From IMG/VR virus record IMGVR_UViG_3300026522_000001, positions 54,806 through 118,805 of that record: 64,000 bases of DNA; one strand, given 5' to 3'. This stretch comes from a virus. The notes below the pieces were generated by a model. It was not told where the DNA came from, searched no databases, and saw nothing but the letters and a program-made list of their open reading frames with translations. Position numbers and translations under genes: made by a program. Every line of letters starts with the position of its first letter. Positions within the stretch are counted from its first letter, which is position 1. Below, piece after piece: positions 45,568 to 55,067 of the stretch.

Positions 45568-45783
45568 TCAATTATAAAGATGGCCTTTATATTCTGTGAA
45601 CACAGATGTACCTGTAATATAATAATTATCTTTATTTTTTCTTTCTTCTGTGTTATCTTTTGCAGGCAAATTATCAATAATCTTTCCAATAAGGTCTTTT
45701 GCTTCTTGATATAATCCTGCCGCGCCAACTACTTCAAACTCATCATCATACTCAAATGTAACAACATACACAAAATCTACCAT
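45568..45783 (-). CDS. hypothetical small protein
   Basis: ORF track. RBS GGGAGG upstream. Confidence 0.55.
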   Translation of the reverse strand: MVDFVYVVTFEYDDEFEVVGAAGLYQEAKDLIGKIIDNLPAKDNTEERKNKDNYYITGTSVFTEYKGHLYN

Positions 45784-45803
45784 AATAGCATGCCTCCCTA
45801 GAT

Positions 45804-45839
45804 TTTACACTCCCCTAGCTGAAGATAGGGGTTTTACGG
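45804..45839 (-). repeat. member of the CCCC-stem-loop-GGGG(A) terminal-hairpin family
   Basis: Plus strand reads ccccta-gctgaaga-tagggg. The flanks ccgtaaaac / agtgtaaaa match the copies at 62440 and 60625. Confidence 0.5.
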
Positions 45840-45920
45840 TGGTTTGTATAATAACAACCTCACTTTCTTTCTTCCTCCCTTTCGATGATTCTACTATTGC
45901 ATATTGCATAGGATAGGACA

Positions 45921-45962
45921 AAATCGGCAAAGAAAAGAATTAGGACTTTTCTTTGCCGATTT
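45921..45962. terminator. 17-bp perfect hairpin (bidirectional terminator-like)
   Basis: aaatcggcaaagaaaag-aattagga-cttttctttgccgattt, directly after the tRNA-like gene. Confidence 0.55.
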
Positions 45963-45963
45963 T

Positions 45964-46037
45964 CAGAGGTAGCTAGACTCGAACCAACGGAAGCAGAAGT
46001 CAAAGTCCCACGCCTTAATCAACTTGACTATACCCCC
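45964..46037 (-). tRNA. degenerate tRNA-Gln (anticodon UUG) or tRNA pseudogene
   Basis: T arm gttgg-ttcgagt-ctagc and anticodon loop ctttgac. The acceptor, anticodon and T stems contain many G.U pairs. Confidence 0.4.
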
Positions 46038-46083
46038 TATTGGTGTACCAATCGCGGTTCGAACACACGCCAAATCTAATTAC

Positions 46084-47010
46084 TCAAAACGGAAGTTTTA
46101 TTCCATGCGCCGTGAAAAAATCGTGCATAACATTTTTTGTTTTTTCTGTTACTAATACACAAAGAATACTAAAGTCTATCTTTGGATTCTTGAATTTCTT
46201 TACGAAGTGCCATGCTTCTTCTGAGATAAGCTCATGATAGACACTATTAAGACATCTGCCAATACACTTATTATCCCAATTATCGGCTCCAATATCTTCT
46301 AGAATCTTAGCAAGCTCTTTTTCGATAAAAGCATCAGTACAGAATTTTTCTACGATTGATTCCTCGATTTCGTTTGAAGAAACTTCTCGATGAATCTTTT
46401 TTGACGCCATGAACTCTTTGCGTACAATCTTCGCCCATGTAGTACGACCGTACTTATTCTTCCATCCATCATAGCGTTTAATGACAAGTCCTTCACCGGG
46501 AGTTTTGTCGTCAGACTGAAGAAACGTTGTTTTATCAAGATAAGGCAAGATATCTTCTTTTGATGGATGATTTAATACGGCAATCAATGGAACATATTCA
46601 ATATTATACTTCTTAAGAAGTGGCTCGTACTCCTCATAAGATAGATATCGTGGATTCTCTGGGTTGCTGTAGTCTACTACATCGAATACATACAGCTTTC
46701 TCCAAGCAGAATCTTTATAAGTTCTGATGCTCTGCTTTACAAGAAATTCTCCATAAAGGTAGAGATTTGGGAACTCTTTGAAGAACTGCTCGAATTTAGG
46801 CTGAGACAATATGTAAGCCATACAACCAGCATTATCTTTACCTTCTGATAGCTCTCTTTTACGGCTATTTACGATGACCTTGCCATTATCGTAATGAACG
46901 CCTGCATTTGTTCCATCGAGCTTAGTATAAATATATACTTTTCCGTCAAGAATACCGTCAACTTCATCGCTACCAAGACGTTCTACATGTTGATAAAATT
47001 GGGTTTTCAA
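46084..47010 (-). CDS. ATP-dependent RNA ligase (Rnl2/RNA_ligase family)
   Basis: Nucleotidyl-transferase motif I YTKLDGTNAGV, plus YLYGEFL and GEGLVIK motifs. Confidence 0.6.
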   Translation of the reverse strand: MKTQFYQHVERLGSDEVDGILDGKVYIYTKLDGTNAGVHYDNGKVIVNSRKRELSEGKDNAGCMAYILSQPKFEQFFKEFPNLYLYGEFLVKQSIRTYKDSAWRKLYVFDVVDYSNPENPRYLSYEEYEPLLKKYNIEYVPLIAVLNHPSKEDILPYLDKTTFLQSDDKTPGEGLVIKRYDGWKNKYGRTTWAKIVRKEFMASKKIHREVSSNEIEESIVEKFCTDAFIEKELAKILEDIGADNWDNKCIGRCLNSVYHELISEEAWHFVKKFKNPKIDFSILCVLVTEKTKNVMHDFFTAHGIKLPF

Positions 47011-47047
47011 AAATATCTACCTCCTTCTTTTTATGTTAGAATCCATA

Positions 47048-47761
47048 TTAGAATCCATGTGTGTTTCTACGTACAGGAACTTCATTTCCCGATTCCGTGA
47101 ATGGCACTTCATCTCCTGCACTCCCACCAATGATGGCTGAAAGCTCATTATCTGAAAGAGATTGTACAATAGATTTAAGGTCTGATTCAATATCTGTATT
47201 ATAGACTTTGATATATTCCTCAACACTCTTTACTGGTTCAAGCGGATGACCTTCAAACTTATCCTCTACTGGATAAAGTGTATATGTTGTCTGCTTACCA
47301 CTACCATTCTTTTGGATTTCAATATACCCACCAAAGTTAAACCGTTCCGCAAATGGAAGAATCGTTGAACTGTAGAACCCTGCACTACGAGTCCAATACT
47401 CTACAGCAGGTGCTACATTACCGTCCTTATCAATCGCGGTAAAATTAACAAGCGGGATAACAACCTTATCATGTTTGAAGCTCACTGTGCCATTCGGATT
47501 ATTGATTGCATATTTGCAAAGCGGGCAATCCTCTCCCATGCAATCCACTTCCTGAAAAAACCGTTTGCCATTCTTACTAATCTTCTGAATGGTATGCGTT
47601 GTGTAAACAGGCACTTCATCTGTACTATTGAGAAGGAATTTTACAAGAGCGTTATTTCTTCCATTCTTTCTAAAATAGAAGTTACGTGCAAACTTCCTCC
47701 CACGAGTTTGTTCTGCTTCTTTTTCATGATTGAGCATTTCTGCAAGATTGATGCGAGCCAT
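47048..47761 (-). CDS. probable ssDNA-binding protein (gp32-like, zinc-containing)
   Basis: VDCMGEDCPLCKYA zinc motif, acidic C-terminal tail, position next to the primase. Start taken at MARINLAEM after AAAGGAGAG. Confidence 0.45.
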   Translation of the reverse strand: MARINLAEMLNHEKEAEQTRGRKFARNFYFRKNGRNNALVKFLLNSTDEVPVYTTHTIQKISKNGKRFFQEVDCMGEDCPLCKYAINNPNGTVSFKHDKVVIPLVNFTAIDKDGNVAPAVEYWTRSAGFYSSTILPFAERFNFGGYIEIQKNGSGKQTTYTLYPVEDKFEGHPLEPVKSVEEYIKVYNTDIESDLKSIVQSLSDNELSAIIGGSAGDEVPFTESGNEVPVRRNTHGF

Positions 47762-47909
47762 TTTTAGCTCTCCTTTCTTTGTACGTGTGTTTCTTACACA
47801 ACTTTTCATTTAACACGCCTTATTGCGTGTTCCTCTTTACAATTAATAGTATACCAAACCTCTACTGGTATGTCAACACTTTATTTCTTAAAATTAAATT
47901 AGAAATATA

Positions 47910-48923
47910 TTACATTGCCATGCAATGAGCTAACAACTCTTCTTTTGTCTTGCAAAAAGATAAGTCGTTAAAGTCTTTTGTTTTATCAAGCACCTTTAGT
48001 CTTTTTACTATTTTATTGTAACACAGCTTTTTTCTTAATTTATTACAACCTACTTCTCCTGCTTCATCACTATCCAAAGCTAAAACTACTTTTCTATATG
48101 GTAGTTTCTTTAATATATTTGCTTGCTTACTTGTTCCTGTACCTAACAATGCTACTGTTGGAAATCCTAATCTATTTAGTGTATATAAGTTAAATACACT
48201 TTCACATACATATATTTCATTGGTAGATGGAAATTGCTTTTTCATCTCATAATATCCATAAAGATAATCACCCTTACTAAAATCTTTTGGGTAATAATAA
48301 TGCTTACTATAGATAGTCCTTCTACCTAAAGAAACACATTTTCCCGCTTCATTACGAATTGGAAATACAATGCACTTTCCAAAAATATTATTGTTGTCAT
48401 AACCTAAATCGTATTTATAGATATCCTCATCTGTTAATCCACGTTTATATAGATATGGATGTGTATACCTGTACTTGTCTAGCTGTTCTTCTGTTATATA
48501 GGGTTGTTTTTCTACTTCTTTTTCTTTTACACTTGTCTTTACAGGAATACTTAATTTGTGCATCATTCCCTCTCTATTTTCTATTTCATAGTTTGAGTAT
48601 CTATTTAATAAATAGCTTTTGCCAAACTCTCCATTATCTTTTTTACCATATAGATGGCTAATAAGTTCAGGTAATGTTCCTTTTGCCTTACATCCAAAGC
48701 AATAGAAAAATCCTGCTTCATGTTTATCAGTAGTAAACTTACTAATCATTAAATCAGGTTGATTTCTATTCTCATGGAAACAGCAACTAACCATAATATA
48801 ATTGCTATTTCTGTTATTTACTTTTTCAAATATTCTTATATTGCTATTTGCAAACTCTATCTTTAAGTCGTTTATTACTTCTTCTACTGTTGTTAATATA
48901 GGAATATTATCTATAAATAACAT
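47910..48923 (-). CDS. DNA primase (DnaG-like: CHC2 zinc finger + TOPRIM)
   Basis: CCFHENRNQPDLMIS..YCFGCKAKG zinc finger. TOPRIM motifs VCESVFN and LALDSDEAG. Confidence 0.75.
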   Translation of the reverse strand: MLFIDNIPILTTVEEVINDLKIEFANSNIRIFEKVNNRNSNYIMVSCCFHENRNQPDLMISKFTTDKHEAGFFYCFGCKAKGTLPELISHLYGKKDNGEFGKSYLLNRYSNYEIENREGMMHKLSIPVKTSVKEKEVEKQPYITEEQLDKYRYTHPYLYKRGLTDEDIYKYDLGYDNNNIFGKCIVFPIRNEAGKCVSLGRRTIYSKHYYYPKDFSKGDYLYGYYEMKKQFPSTNEIYVCESVFNLYTLNRLGFPTVALLGTGTSKQANILKKLPYRKVVLALDSDEAGEVGCNKLRKKLCYNKIVKRLKVLDKTKDFNDLSFCKTKEELLAHCMAM

Positions 48924-48937
48924 TACTTCAACCCTCT

Positions 48938-49090
48938 TTAATCCAAAATTTCAAACGAAGCATCATCTAAATTTGTAGATTCTTTTACAGATTCATCTAT
49001 ATACTTGAGTATTCCCTCTCTTGTTTGATATTCCTTTGGAACTTCTAAATACAATGTTTCTTTCTTATCAACAGTTATTTTTATTTTCAA
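48938..49090 (-). CDS. hypothetical small protein
   Basis: 50-aa ORF with a TTG start after AGGGAG. Confidence 0.35.
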   Translation of the reverse strand: MKIKITVDKKETLYLEVPKEYQTREGILKYIDESVKESTNLDDASFEILD

Positions 49091-49147
49091 ATTAATCAAC
49101 TCCCTATTTTCATATTATAACATAGAAAGCAGGGAATGGCAAATTTA

Positions 49148-49885
49148 TTATTGAGTGTCTTTTTCTTTTTCTAGTAATTTCTTTTTTAGCTTTTTAACTT
49201 CTTTTATTTCATCTTTTGTTTCTTTGCGCTGGTCTACATGGCTATTATTGCTTATCCTCTCTGCCGCCGCATATCCACAAACAGGACAATAAATAAGTCT
49301 AAATTTCAGCTTCTTTTCTCTATCTGTCATTACTTTCTGTTTGCTATCTATTGACACCGTTGTATCATAGATATATCTATTCTTACAAATAGGGCAAGAG
49401 TTGTATACAATATTACGCCTATCTAAATAATACAAAAAGTCTATAGTATCTTTTAGCTTTTGTATTTCTTCTACTTCGTAATCATATACCGCCGAGATTT
49501 TTCTATAATTTATTAAGCCAGTAAGGAATTTAATTATCTTTTTTCTCTTTTTAGCAATATAATTCCAATCCCTCCTTCTTGTTTTTCTTTTAATCATAGA
49601 TTCTTTATTTCTTAAATATACTATAGATTCTTTACATTCTTTTTTACCACAATTATCTTTTCCTTCCATTAAATTTCTTGCATAGGTTTCAAATACCTTT
49701 CCGCAATTCATGCACTTTACGATTACTTTATGTTTTTTATATTTTTCTTTATAGTCTAATATATCCTCTACAACATAGAGAGTACCAAACTGTTTTCCTT
49801 TCAATAAGTAATCAAAAGTACCTGCTCTCTTATTTAATTGATTTTTAGGTTCATATTCATAATTTACTATAATCATTGTATACAC
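49148..49885 (-). CDS. zinc-ribbon protein
   Basis: CMNCGKVF, CPICKNRY and CPVCGY. The N-terminal GKQFGTLYVV..KCMNCG resembles one repeat of 41172-42947. Confidence 0.55.
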   Translation of the reverse strand: MYTMIIVNYEYEPKNQLNKRAGTFDYLLKGKQFGTLYVVEDILDYKEKYKKHKVIVKCMNCGKVFETYARNLMEGKDNCGKKECKESIVYLRNKESMIKRKTRRRDWNYIAKKRKKIIKFLTGLINYRKISAVYDYEVEEIQKLKDTIDFLYYLDRRNIVYNSCPICKNRYIYDTTVSIDSKQKVMTDREKKLKFRLIYCPVCGYAAAERISNNSHVDQRKETKDEIKEVKKLKKKLLEKEKDTQ

Positions 49886-49891
49886 CTTCTT

Positions 49892-51175
49892 TTAGAAAAT
49901 GCTCTTGAAGTTTTCTTTATTTTCTTCTGTTTCCTGTTTTGTTTCCTCATCGTTATTTATATCTTCGATATTTTGGATATATGTATATGTATTTATATCA
50001 GGATTCCAGTTATAAATACACTTTGTTTCTTTTCCGCTCTTGCCATAACGATTCTTTGTAATGGTCATTTCAAGAATAGGATTTTTATTTACAATACTAA
50101 TAAGTCTTGTGCAACTTGCACCAATCTTATCACTTCCTGTAATGTTTTCGGTTCCAATATAATCTTTATCATTTTCTACTGCTTTTCTGTTTGTTTGGAT
50201 AACAACAACTACTGGAATACTTAATTCACGAGAAAGTGAAAGTAAATCCTGTGCAATATGCCCTAACTGATTAGGAACACTATCAGATTTCTTTGCTCTC
50301 TCATCAATAAGATAATCAAAGCCATCAATAAAAAGAATATCAGCTGTTGTTGCCTTACAGAAAGTTCTGATTTTACTGATTGTACATTCATTGTCAAAAT
50401 CTTCGAGGGTACTAATACAAAATCTATTTTTGCTCTGTTTTAGTTTTGTTAAAAAATCTTTATACCCATTAACCTTACCACAATACATAAGGTTATTAAG
50501 GCTGAATCCTCCCATAGTGCTATCCACACGTTCTGCAAACTGATTTACCGTCATTTCTGGAGAAATCAATGCTACATTAAATCCTTGTTCAAATACACTT
50601 GATGCTGATTTTGTAAGCACAAAAGATTTACCTTGTCCTGTTCTTGCTGTAAAAAGAACAAGGTCATCTCGCCTTTCATATCCAATAAATCCATGTGCAT
50701 CCAATTCATCAAATCCACTTGGCATAAAATATTTTGAGAAATTATTCTGTCTTTCTAAATATTCATTATACCTAGTGTCTACATCATGTGCGATGTCTAC
50801 AAAGTGCATAGAGTATTTAGGCTTTAACTTATCAATATTTGCTAAAAGAAACTTTGCACCTTCATTTGCATCTTTCTCAAATAGTTCTGTGCTTTTATTG
50901 ATTACATAACAAGCACTTCTAAATAATGACTGCTCTCTTAAATCATCAACAATAGACTGTGAATCCTGCTGAACACTAAAAAATTCAAACTCACCAAACT
51001 TCCCTGCTATTGTTGTCTTATCAGGAACATCATTATATTTGTTATGAAATTCTTTAATAAACTCAAATACATTTCTACAAGTTGTAAAGTCATTACTTGT
51101 AATATTATTATTCTCAACTAAAGAATAATCTTTAGTTTCAAGCAATTTATTGATAAACTGTTCTTCACAAAGCAT
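49892..51175 (-). CDS. replicative DNA helicase (DnaB family)
   Basis: Walker A ARTGQGKSFVL, Walker B ILFIDGFDYL, QTNR arginine-finger region, and N-terminal DnaB-like domain. Confidence 0.8.
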   Translation of the reverse strand: MLCEEQFINKLLETKDYSLVENNNITSNDFTTCRNVFEFIKEFHNKYNDVPDKTTIAGKFGEFEFFSVQQDSQSIVDDLREQSLFRSACYVINKSTELFEKDANEGAKFLLANIDKLKPKYSMHFVDIAHDVDTRYNEYLERQNNFSKYFMPSGFDELDAHGFIGYERRDDLVLFTARTGQGKSFVLTKSASSVFEQGFNVALISPEMTVNQFAERVDSTMGGFSLNNLMYCGKVNGYKDFLTKLKQSKNRFCISTLEDFDNECTISKIRTFCKATTADILFIDGFDYLIDERAKKSDSVPNQLGHIAQDLLSLSRELSIPVVVVIQTNRKAVENDKDYIGTENITGSDKIGASCTRLISIVNKNPILEMTITKNRYGKSGKETKCIYNWNPDINTYTYIQNIEDINNDEETKQETEENKENFKSIF

Positions 51176-51178
51176 ATC

Positions 51179-51868
51179 TTATTCCCCTTTGCGCTTATAT
51201 GTATTTGTGTAGTTTCTTCTGCTATTACCAACTAACTTTATTACAATATCACTACTGATTCTATCTGCTATTCTTACACCAACAGCTTTAGCTAATTCTG
51301 ATAGACTTAAATTGCTTGTATAGATTGTTGCATAACCATTACTTGTTCTACAATCTATTACATTAGTCAAAACACTAATATCATAGTTACTATTCATTAC
51401 TGCACCAATATCGTCGATAATTACTAAGCTACTATTCATAGCTTTATCTAGCAGTTCTTTTCTGTTGTCATTGCTGAAATCTTTTTGCTGTGCTAAAAAA
51501 GTTGGTACAAACAAAAAGAAACATTTTTTATTGTTAAAGCCATTCCCACTAGCAATCATAGCCATATAGGTTAATGCCATCTTACAAGCCCAAGATGTTT
51601 TTGCACATCCTGTATTTCCATAAAGATACAACTGTCTACCTTCTTCTGTAAAAGCTAAAATATCTTTCTTAATGTCAGACAGTGTATAAAAAGACTCAAG
51701 GTCATCTTCTTCGGGGAATAATTCTTTTGGCTTTTTATACTTTTGTGGAATATTACTTTCTTCCACCAAATAGGAAAATTCTGTAATGATGTTACAACCA
51801 CCATCACAAGGTTTATGCTTTTGCCTAGCGCATACACCATTGAATGGACAATTCTTATAGGTATACAT
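51179..51868 (-). CDS. DnaC/IstB-like AAA+ helicase loader
   Basis: LYLYGNTGCAKTSWA (Walker A variant) and LVIIDDIGA (Walker B). N-terminal Cys cluster. Confidence 0.6.
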   Translation of the reverse strand: MYTYKNCPFNGVCARQKHKPCDGGCNIITEFSYLVEESNIPQKYKKPKELFPEEDDLESFYTLSDIKKDILAFTEEGRQLYLYGNTGCAKTSWACKMALTYMAMIASGNGFNNKKCFFLFVPTFLAQQKDFSNDNRKELLDKAMNSSLVIIDDIGAVMNSNYDISVLTNVIDCRTSNGYATIYTSNLSLSELAKAVGVRIADRISSDIVIKLVGNSRRNYTNTYKRKGE

Positions 51869-51954
51869 ACACGTTCAACCTCCTACTCAATAGTATAACA
51901 CAAAATGGGAGGAATTTCACCTCCCATTTGCATTAAAATTTTATTAAACTGAAA

Positions 51955-52479
51955 TTAAACGTTTGATTTATCAATTTCTCTAAACATTATCTGTTGTGGC
52001 AATACATTATGGCATATATATATGCTAGAAAATGGTGTATTAACCTTTACTTGTCTATCTGCACCAATAAATGAAACTCTTTTATCAAAATTCATTACTT
52101 CAAATTTATTTTTAGAGAAAATATTGTATCTTCTCTTACTTTCAAATACACCTACACACCCAACAAGTACAGCAAATGGCTTATCTATTTCAAACAGTCT
52201 TTCAAATATTTCTGTTTTCAAGCTAAATGGAATATTTGATACAATAGCATCACATTCAGGTACTTCTATCTTAAAGAAATCTCCTCCTGTGTCTTTATGT
52301 GTGTAAATAACTTCATGGTCTTTTGAAAGCATCTTAACATAGTTACTCCAGTCCATATCAAAAGGACACCAAATCTTTTTGAATGGTTTTAAGAATGGTA
52401 ATAATGGTTCGATTGCATATTTTGGTGTGTAGTATTCATCATTCTTCTTGTATATTTTCTTTATATTCATTAAACTCAA
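51955..52479 (-). CDS. short N6-adenine methyltransferase-like protein (paralogous pattern to 13824-14708)
   Basis: DEYYTPKYAI, WCPFDM and SNIPFSL parallel DEFYTQ / CNCDDP / TNPPFSL. Confidence 0.5.
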   Translation of the reverse strand: MSLMNIKKIYKKNDEYYTPKYAIEPLLPFLKPFKKIWCPFDMDWSNYVKMLSKDHEVIYTHKDTGGDFFKIEVPECDAIVSNIPFSLKTEIFERLFEIDKPFAVLVGCVGVFESKRRYNIFSKNKFEVMNFDKRVSFIGADRQVKVNTPFSSIYICHNVLPQQIMFREIDKSNV

Positions 52480-52486
52480 TTAGCTC

Positions 52487-53131
52487 TCACATCCGCTTTA
52501 CATATTTTGCATACAAGTCCTCAAAGAATACAGGATAATGCTTATATAATAGTGTGAGTGCTGTTGTAATTAGTGCTCTTATGTCTTGTTGTGCATGTGT
52601 ATCACATCTAAGCTCTATTACATGCCGCCACTCTCTGATATTACCACTAGCAATAATATGTGTAGCAAGAGAGGTATTCAATACACTTCTTGCTGTTTCT
52701 GGAGCACATCCCGCATCTAATAACTTAAAATAATCTTCTTCTGATTTCTTACAAGACTCTTCCCAAATCTTCTCTTGTTCTTCTGTTACAATGCCTAATG
52801 GCTTCACAAAAGAAACACTATGATTAAACTTTCCTTTTGAGTAATTACAATACCTAGCTGATTCAACTGCTAGACTGAGTAGTCTATGTCTTGATAGCTG
52901 TCCGAGAAAATTTCTGTCGCCAACAAATCTAAATGTAATATTATTCATCTCAATAGGGCTACCATGACCAATAGCAATTAGTTTTCTTGCTAGTGCTTCT
53001 GCACTTTCAATATTATCTGTTTTGTCATTCAGGCTCTGATAACAATTCCTTGCCGCTGTATTAAATGTCATTAGTACAGTTTCATAGCTTGGTGGATTAA
53101 CTAAAGAAACATCTCTTATTGTAGTTTTCAA
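52487..53131 (-). CDS. thyX: FAD-dependent thymidylate synthase ThyX
   Basis: QLSRHRLLSLAVESARY (RHR...S.RY signature). The TTG start at 53131 follows AGGAAAGGTG. An ATG at 53167 would be leaderless. Confidence 0.85.
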   Translation of the reverse strand: MKTTIRDVSLVNPPSYETVLMTFNTAARNCYQSLNDKTDNIESAEALARKLIAIGHGSPIEMNNITFRFVGDRNFLGQLSRHRLLSLAVESARYCNYSKGKFNHSVSFVKPLGIVTEEQEKIWEESCKKSEEDYFKLLDAGCAPETARSVLNTSLATHIIASGNIREWRHVIELRCDTHAQQDIRALITTALTLLYKHYPVFFEDLYAKYVKRM

Positions 53132-53174
53132 AATAAAAACACCTTTCCTTTCTAGTCTTTTCCTCATATATTTC

Positions 53175-53203
53175 AGTATACCACAAAATGAGAGCATTGT
53201 CAA
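53175..53203 (-). promoter_or_regulatory. sigma70-type promoter upstream of thyX
   Basis: TTGACA atgctctcattttgtgg TATACT. Confidence 0.55.
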
Positions 53204-53272
53204 TAGGGAAACAAAAAAAATAGCACAGGAATTTCCCCATGCTAACACAATACATCACATTATTTTGTTATG

Positions 53273-53764
53273 TTACTCTGTTGTATTTACCCAAACATTA
53301 TTTATCTTTTTCCAAATGTTTTGGTTACTACTTCCTCTAAATTCTAGTGTTAAATCTCTTAACTCATCAACGTATCTACCATCAACAATAGTATCTACAT
53401 TGTCTAGTATTTCTTTACCGTACTTTAATCGTTTTACTTCTTCAAAGGTATACCCAGTATAAACCCAAATAATTATATCAGTTACACTCTTTCTGATTTC
53501 AATAATAGTTTGTAATACATCATATATATTCTCTTTTGCTAATGGTTCCCCGCCTAAAATAGATACCCTTTTAATAAATGGTCTATTTACAAGTTTCATA
53601 AACTTATTGCAAGTTTCCCTTGTAAATTCTTTACCACCATCAAAATCCCATGTAGATTTATTAAAACAGTTTTTACAATGGAAATGACACCCTTGTGTAA
53701 ATAATGCTACACCAATACCATTTCCATTTGATATATCCATATCTCTTATACTAGCATATCTCAT
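53273..53764 (-). CDS. nrdG: anaerobic ribonucleotide reductase activating protein NrdG
   Basis: Radical-SAM cluster GCHFHCKNCFN. Size and position directly after nrdD fit. Confidence 0.85.
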   Translation of the reverse strand: MRYASIRDMDISNGNGIGVALFTQGCHFHCKNCFNKSTWDFDGGKEFTRETCNKFMKLVNRPFIKRVSILGGEPLAKENIYDVLQTIIEIRKSVTDIIIWVYTGYTFEEVKRLKYGKEILDNVDTIVDGRYVDELRDLTLEFRGSSNQNIWKKINNVWVNTTE

Positions 53765-54080
53765 GGTTGTCTAAATGCACATACCTTTCTGCTATTTCTT
53801 CTGTACGTCCTTGATTGAAAAAGTTACTACTAATGTACCCACAGACCCTGCGCCTTATAATCATTTGACTATGGTCTTGATTACCGCAATTAGGACATTC
53901 CCAATCAAGTTTACCATCTTTATCAATAATTTTTATTTCGCCATCAAAACCACACTTACAACAATGGTCGCTCTTTGTATTTAACTCTGCATATAATATG
54001 GTATTATATATGTGTTTTATTATTGATAATACTGCGTCAATATTATTATTCACATCTGCACACTCAACATAGCTTATTGC
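53751..54080 (-). CDS. nrdD: anaerobic ribonucleotide reductase NrdD, exon 4
   Basis: Begins AISYVE. Zn ribbon CCKCG..CPNCG and glycyl-radical tail RRVCGY. Confidence 0.85.
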   Translation of the reverse strand, partial: AISYVECADVNNNIDAVLSIIKHIYNTILYAELNTKSDHCCKCGFDGEIKIIDKDGKLDWECPNCGNQDHSQMIIRRRVCGYISSNFFNQGRTEEIAERYVHLDNHEIC

Positions 54081-54832
54081 CAAAGTCCTTTACTTTTTAA
54101 TTTTTCTTCAACAATAGTTCTTAATTCTTGTTTCTTTGCTTGTGGTAAATCTAAAGTATATTCATATTTCCTAACTTGCTCTTCTTTATTAGCAAATTCT
54201 TTAAATAATAATTTTTCTGCATAATATCTTTTATATACCGCATTTTTTAATTCTTTTTCATAACCTAGATGACACCTTTTTTCTTGTAATCTTATTTCAG
54301 AATCATACCTATCATGGTATTTATCATACCTTACACCAATAAAATTTGATGTATTTCTTTTCATATATGATTTATTTAATACATTTTGCCCTTGTGTACA
54401 AATACGTAAATTACATTTTCTATTATCAAAAGCATTACAATTAATATGGTCTACTACATAACCACTATCAATTTGTTCTCTCGTAATTCCAATAATAATC
54501 CATGATAAATCTTTTTGTGTTCCTTTGCTTGGTAATCCTGTTACTACATGGTCATGACTTATTCTCCATTTATGATATTTTACTTTTTCAATATCATCAA
54601 AGTCAATAATAAACTCACCATTTTTTACATTCTTTTGATTATATAAATTAAACGTAACAGTATTTGTATCATAGTTTATTGTGTAATCATTTAGGTCTGA
54701 ATTTGTTCTTTGAATATTATCTAAGAATTTACCATATTTTAATAATTGATGCATGTGTTTACTGCATAAGCAATAACCATATAAACTAATTTTCTTTTTT
54801 AATTCTCTACCACAAATATCACATTTGTACAT
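54074..54832 (-). CDS. HNH-AP2 homing endonuclease (intron-encoded)
   Basis: VVDHINCNAFDNRKCNLRICTQGQNVLN (HNH) and FIGVRYDKYHDRYDSEIRLQEKRCHLGY (AP2 domain). The stop overlaps the 3' splice site by 7 nt. Confidence 0.8.
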   Translation of the reverse strand: MYKCDICGRELKKKISLYGYCLCSKHMHQLLKYGKFLDNIQRTNSDLNDYTINYDTNTVTFNLYNQKNVKNGEFIIDFDDIEKVKYHKWRISHDHVVTGLPSKGTQKDLSWIIIGITREQIDSGYVVDHINCNAFDNRKCNLRICTQGQNVLNKSYMKRNTSNFIGVRYDKYHDRYDSEIRLQEKRCHLGYEKELKNAVYKRYYAEKLLFKEFANKEEQVRKYEYTLDLPQAKKQELRTIVEEKLKSKGLWQ

Positions 54833-55067
54833 ATTTTAACCTCCGACTATATCTTAGAGTAACGGGAAATCACCGCTTTACTCCATCTGCGCTTCAACAT
54901 AGTGCTTATCTCTATGCTTACATAATAGTCTGTACACCTTCTATATAAAATAGCTTGGCACGGTATTTCCTCATTCGTGTCTACCGTTAGCACATAAATA
55001 ATTATGCACACCCTTTAGCAAGGTTCACAGATTTTAGGGTGGCTTTTCGGCTATATTGATTGTCCAA
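54081..55067 (-). mobile_element. group I intron 3 of nrdD carrying an HNH-AP2 endonuclease gene
   Basis: 5' splice site after ggtggT, omega-G at 54081. The ribozyme core (..ctctaagatatagtcgg..) lies upstream of the ORF. Confidence 0.7.

Noticed and set aside
46041-46072. A complete tRNA adjacent to tRNA-Gln
   Set aside because: Only the T arm, 3' acceptor strand and ACCA are present. No complementary 5' acceptor (gtaccaa) lies within 120 nt. It is kept only as a fragment.
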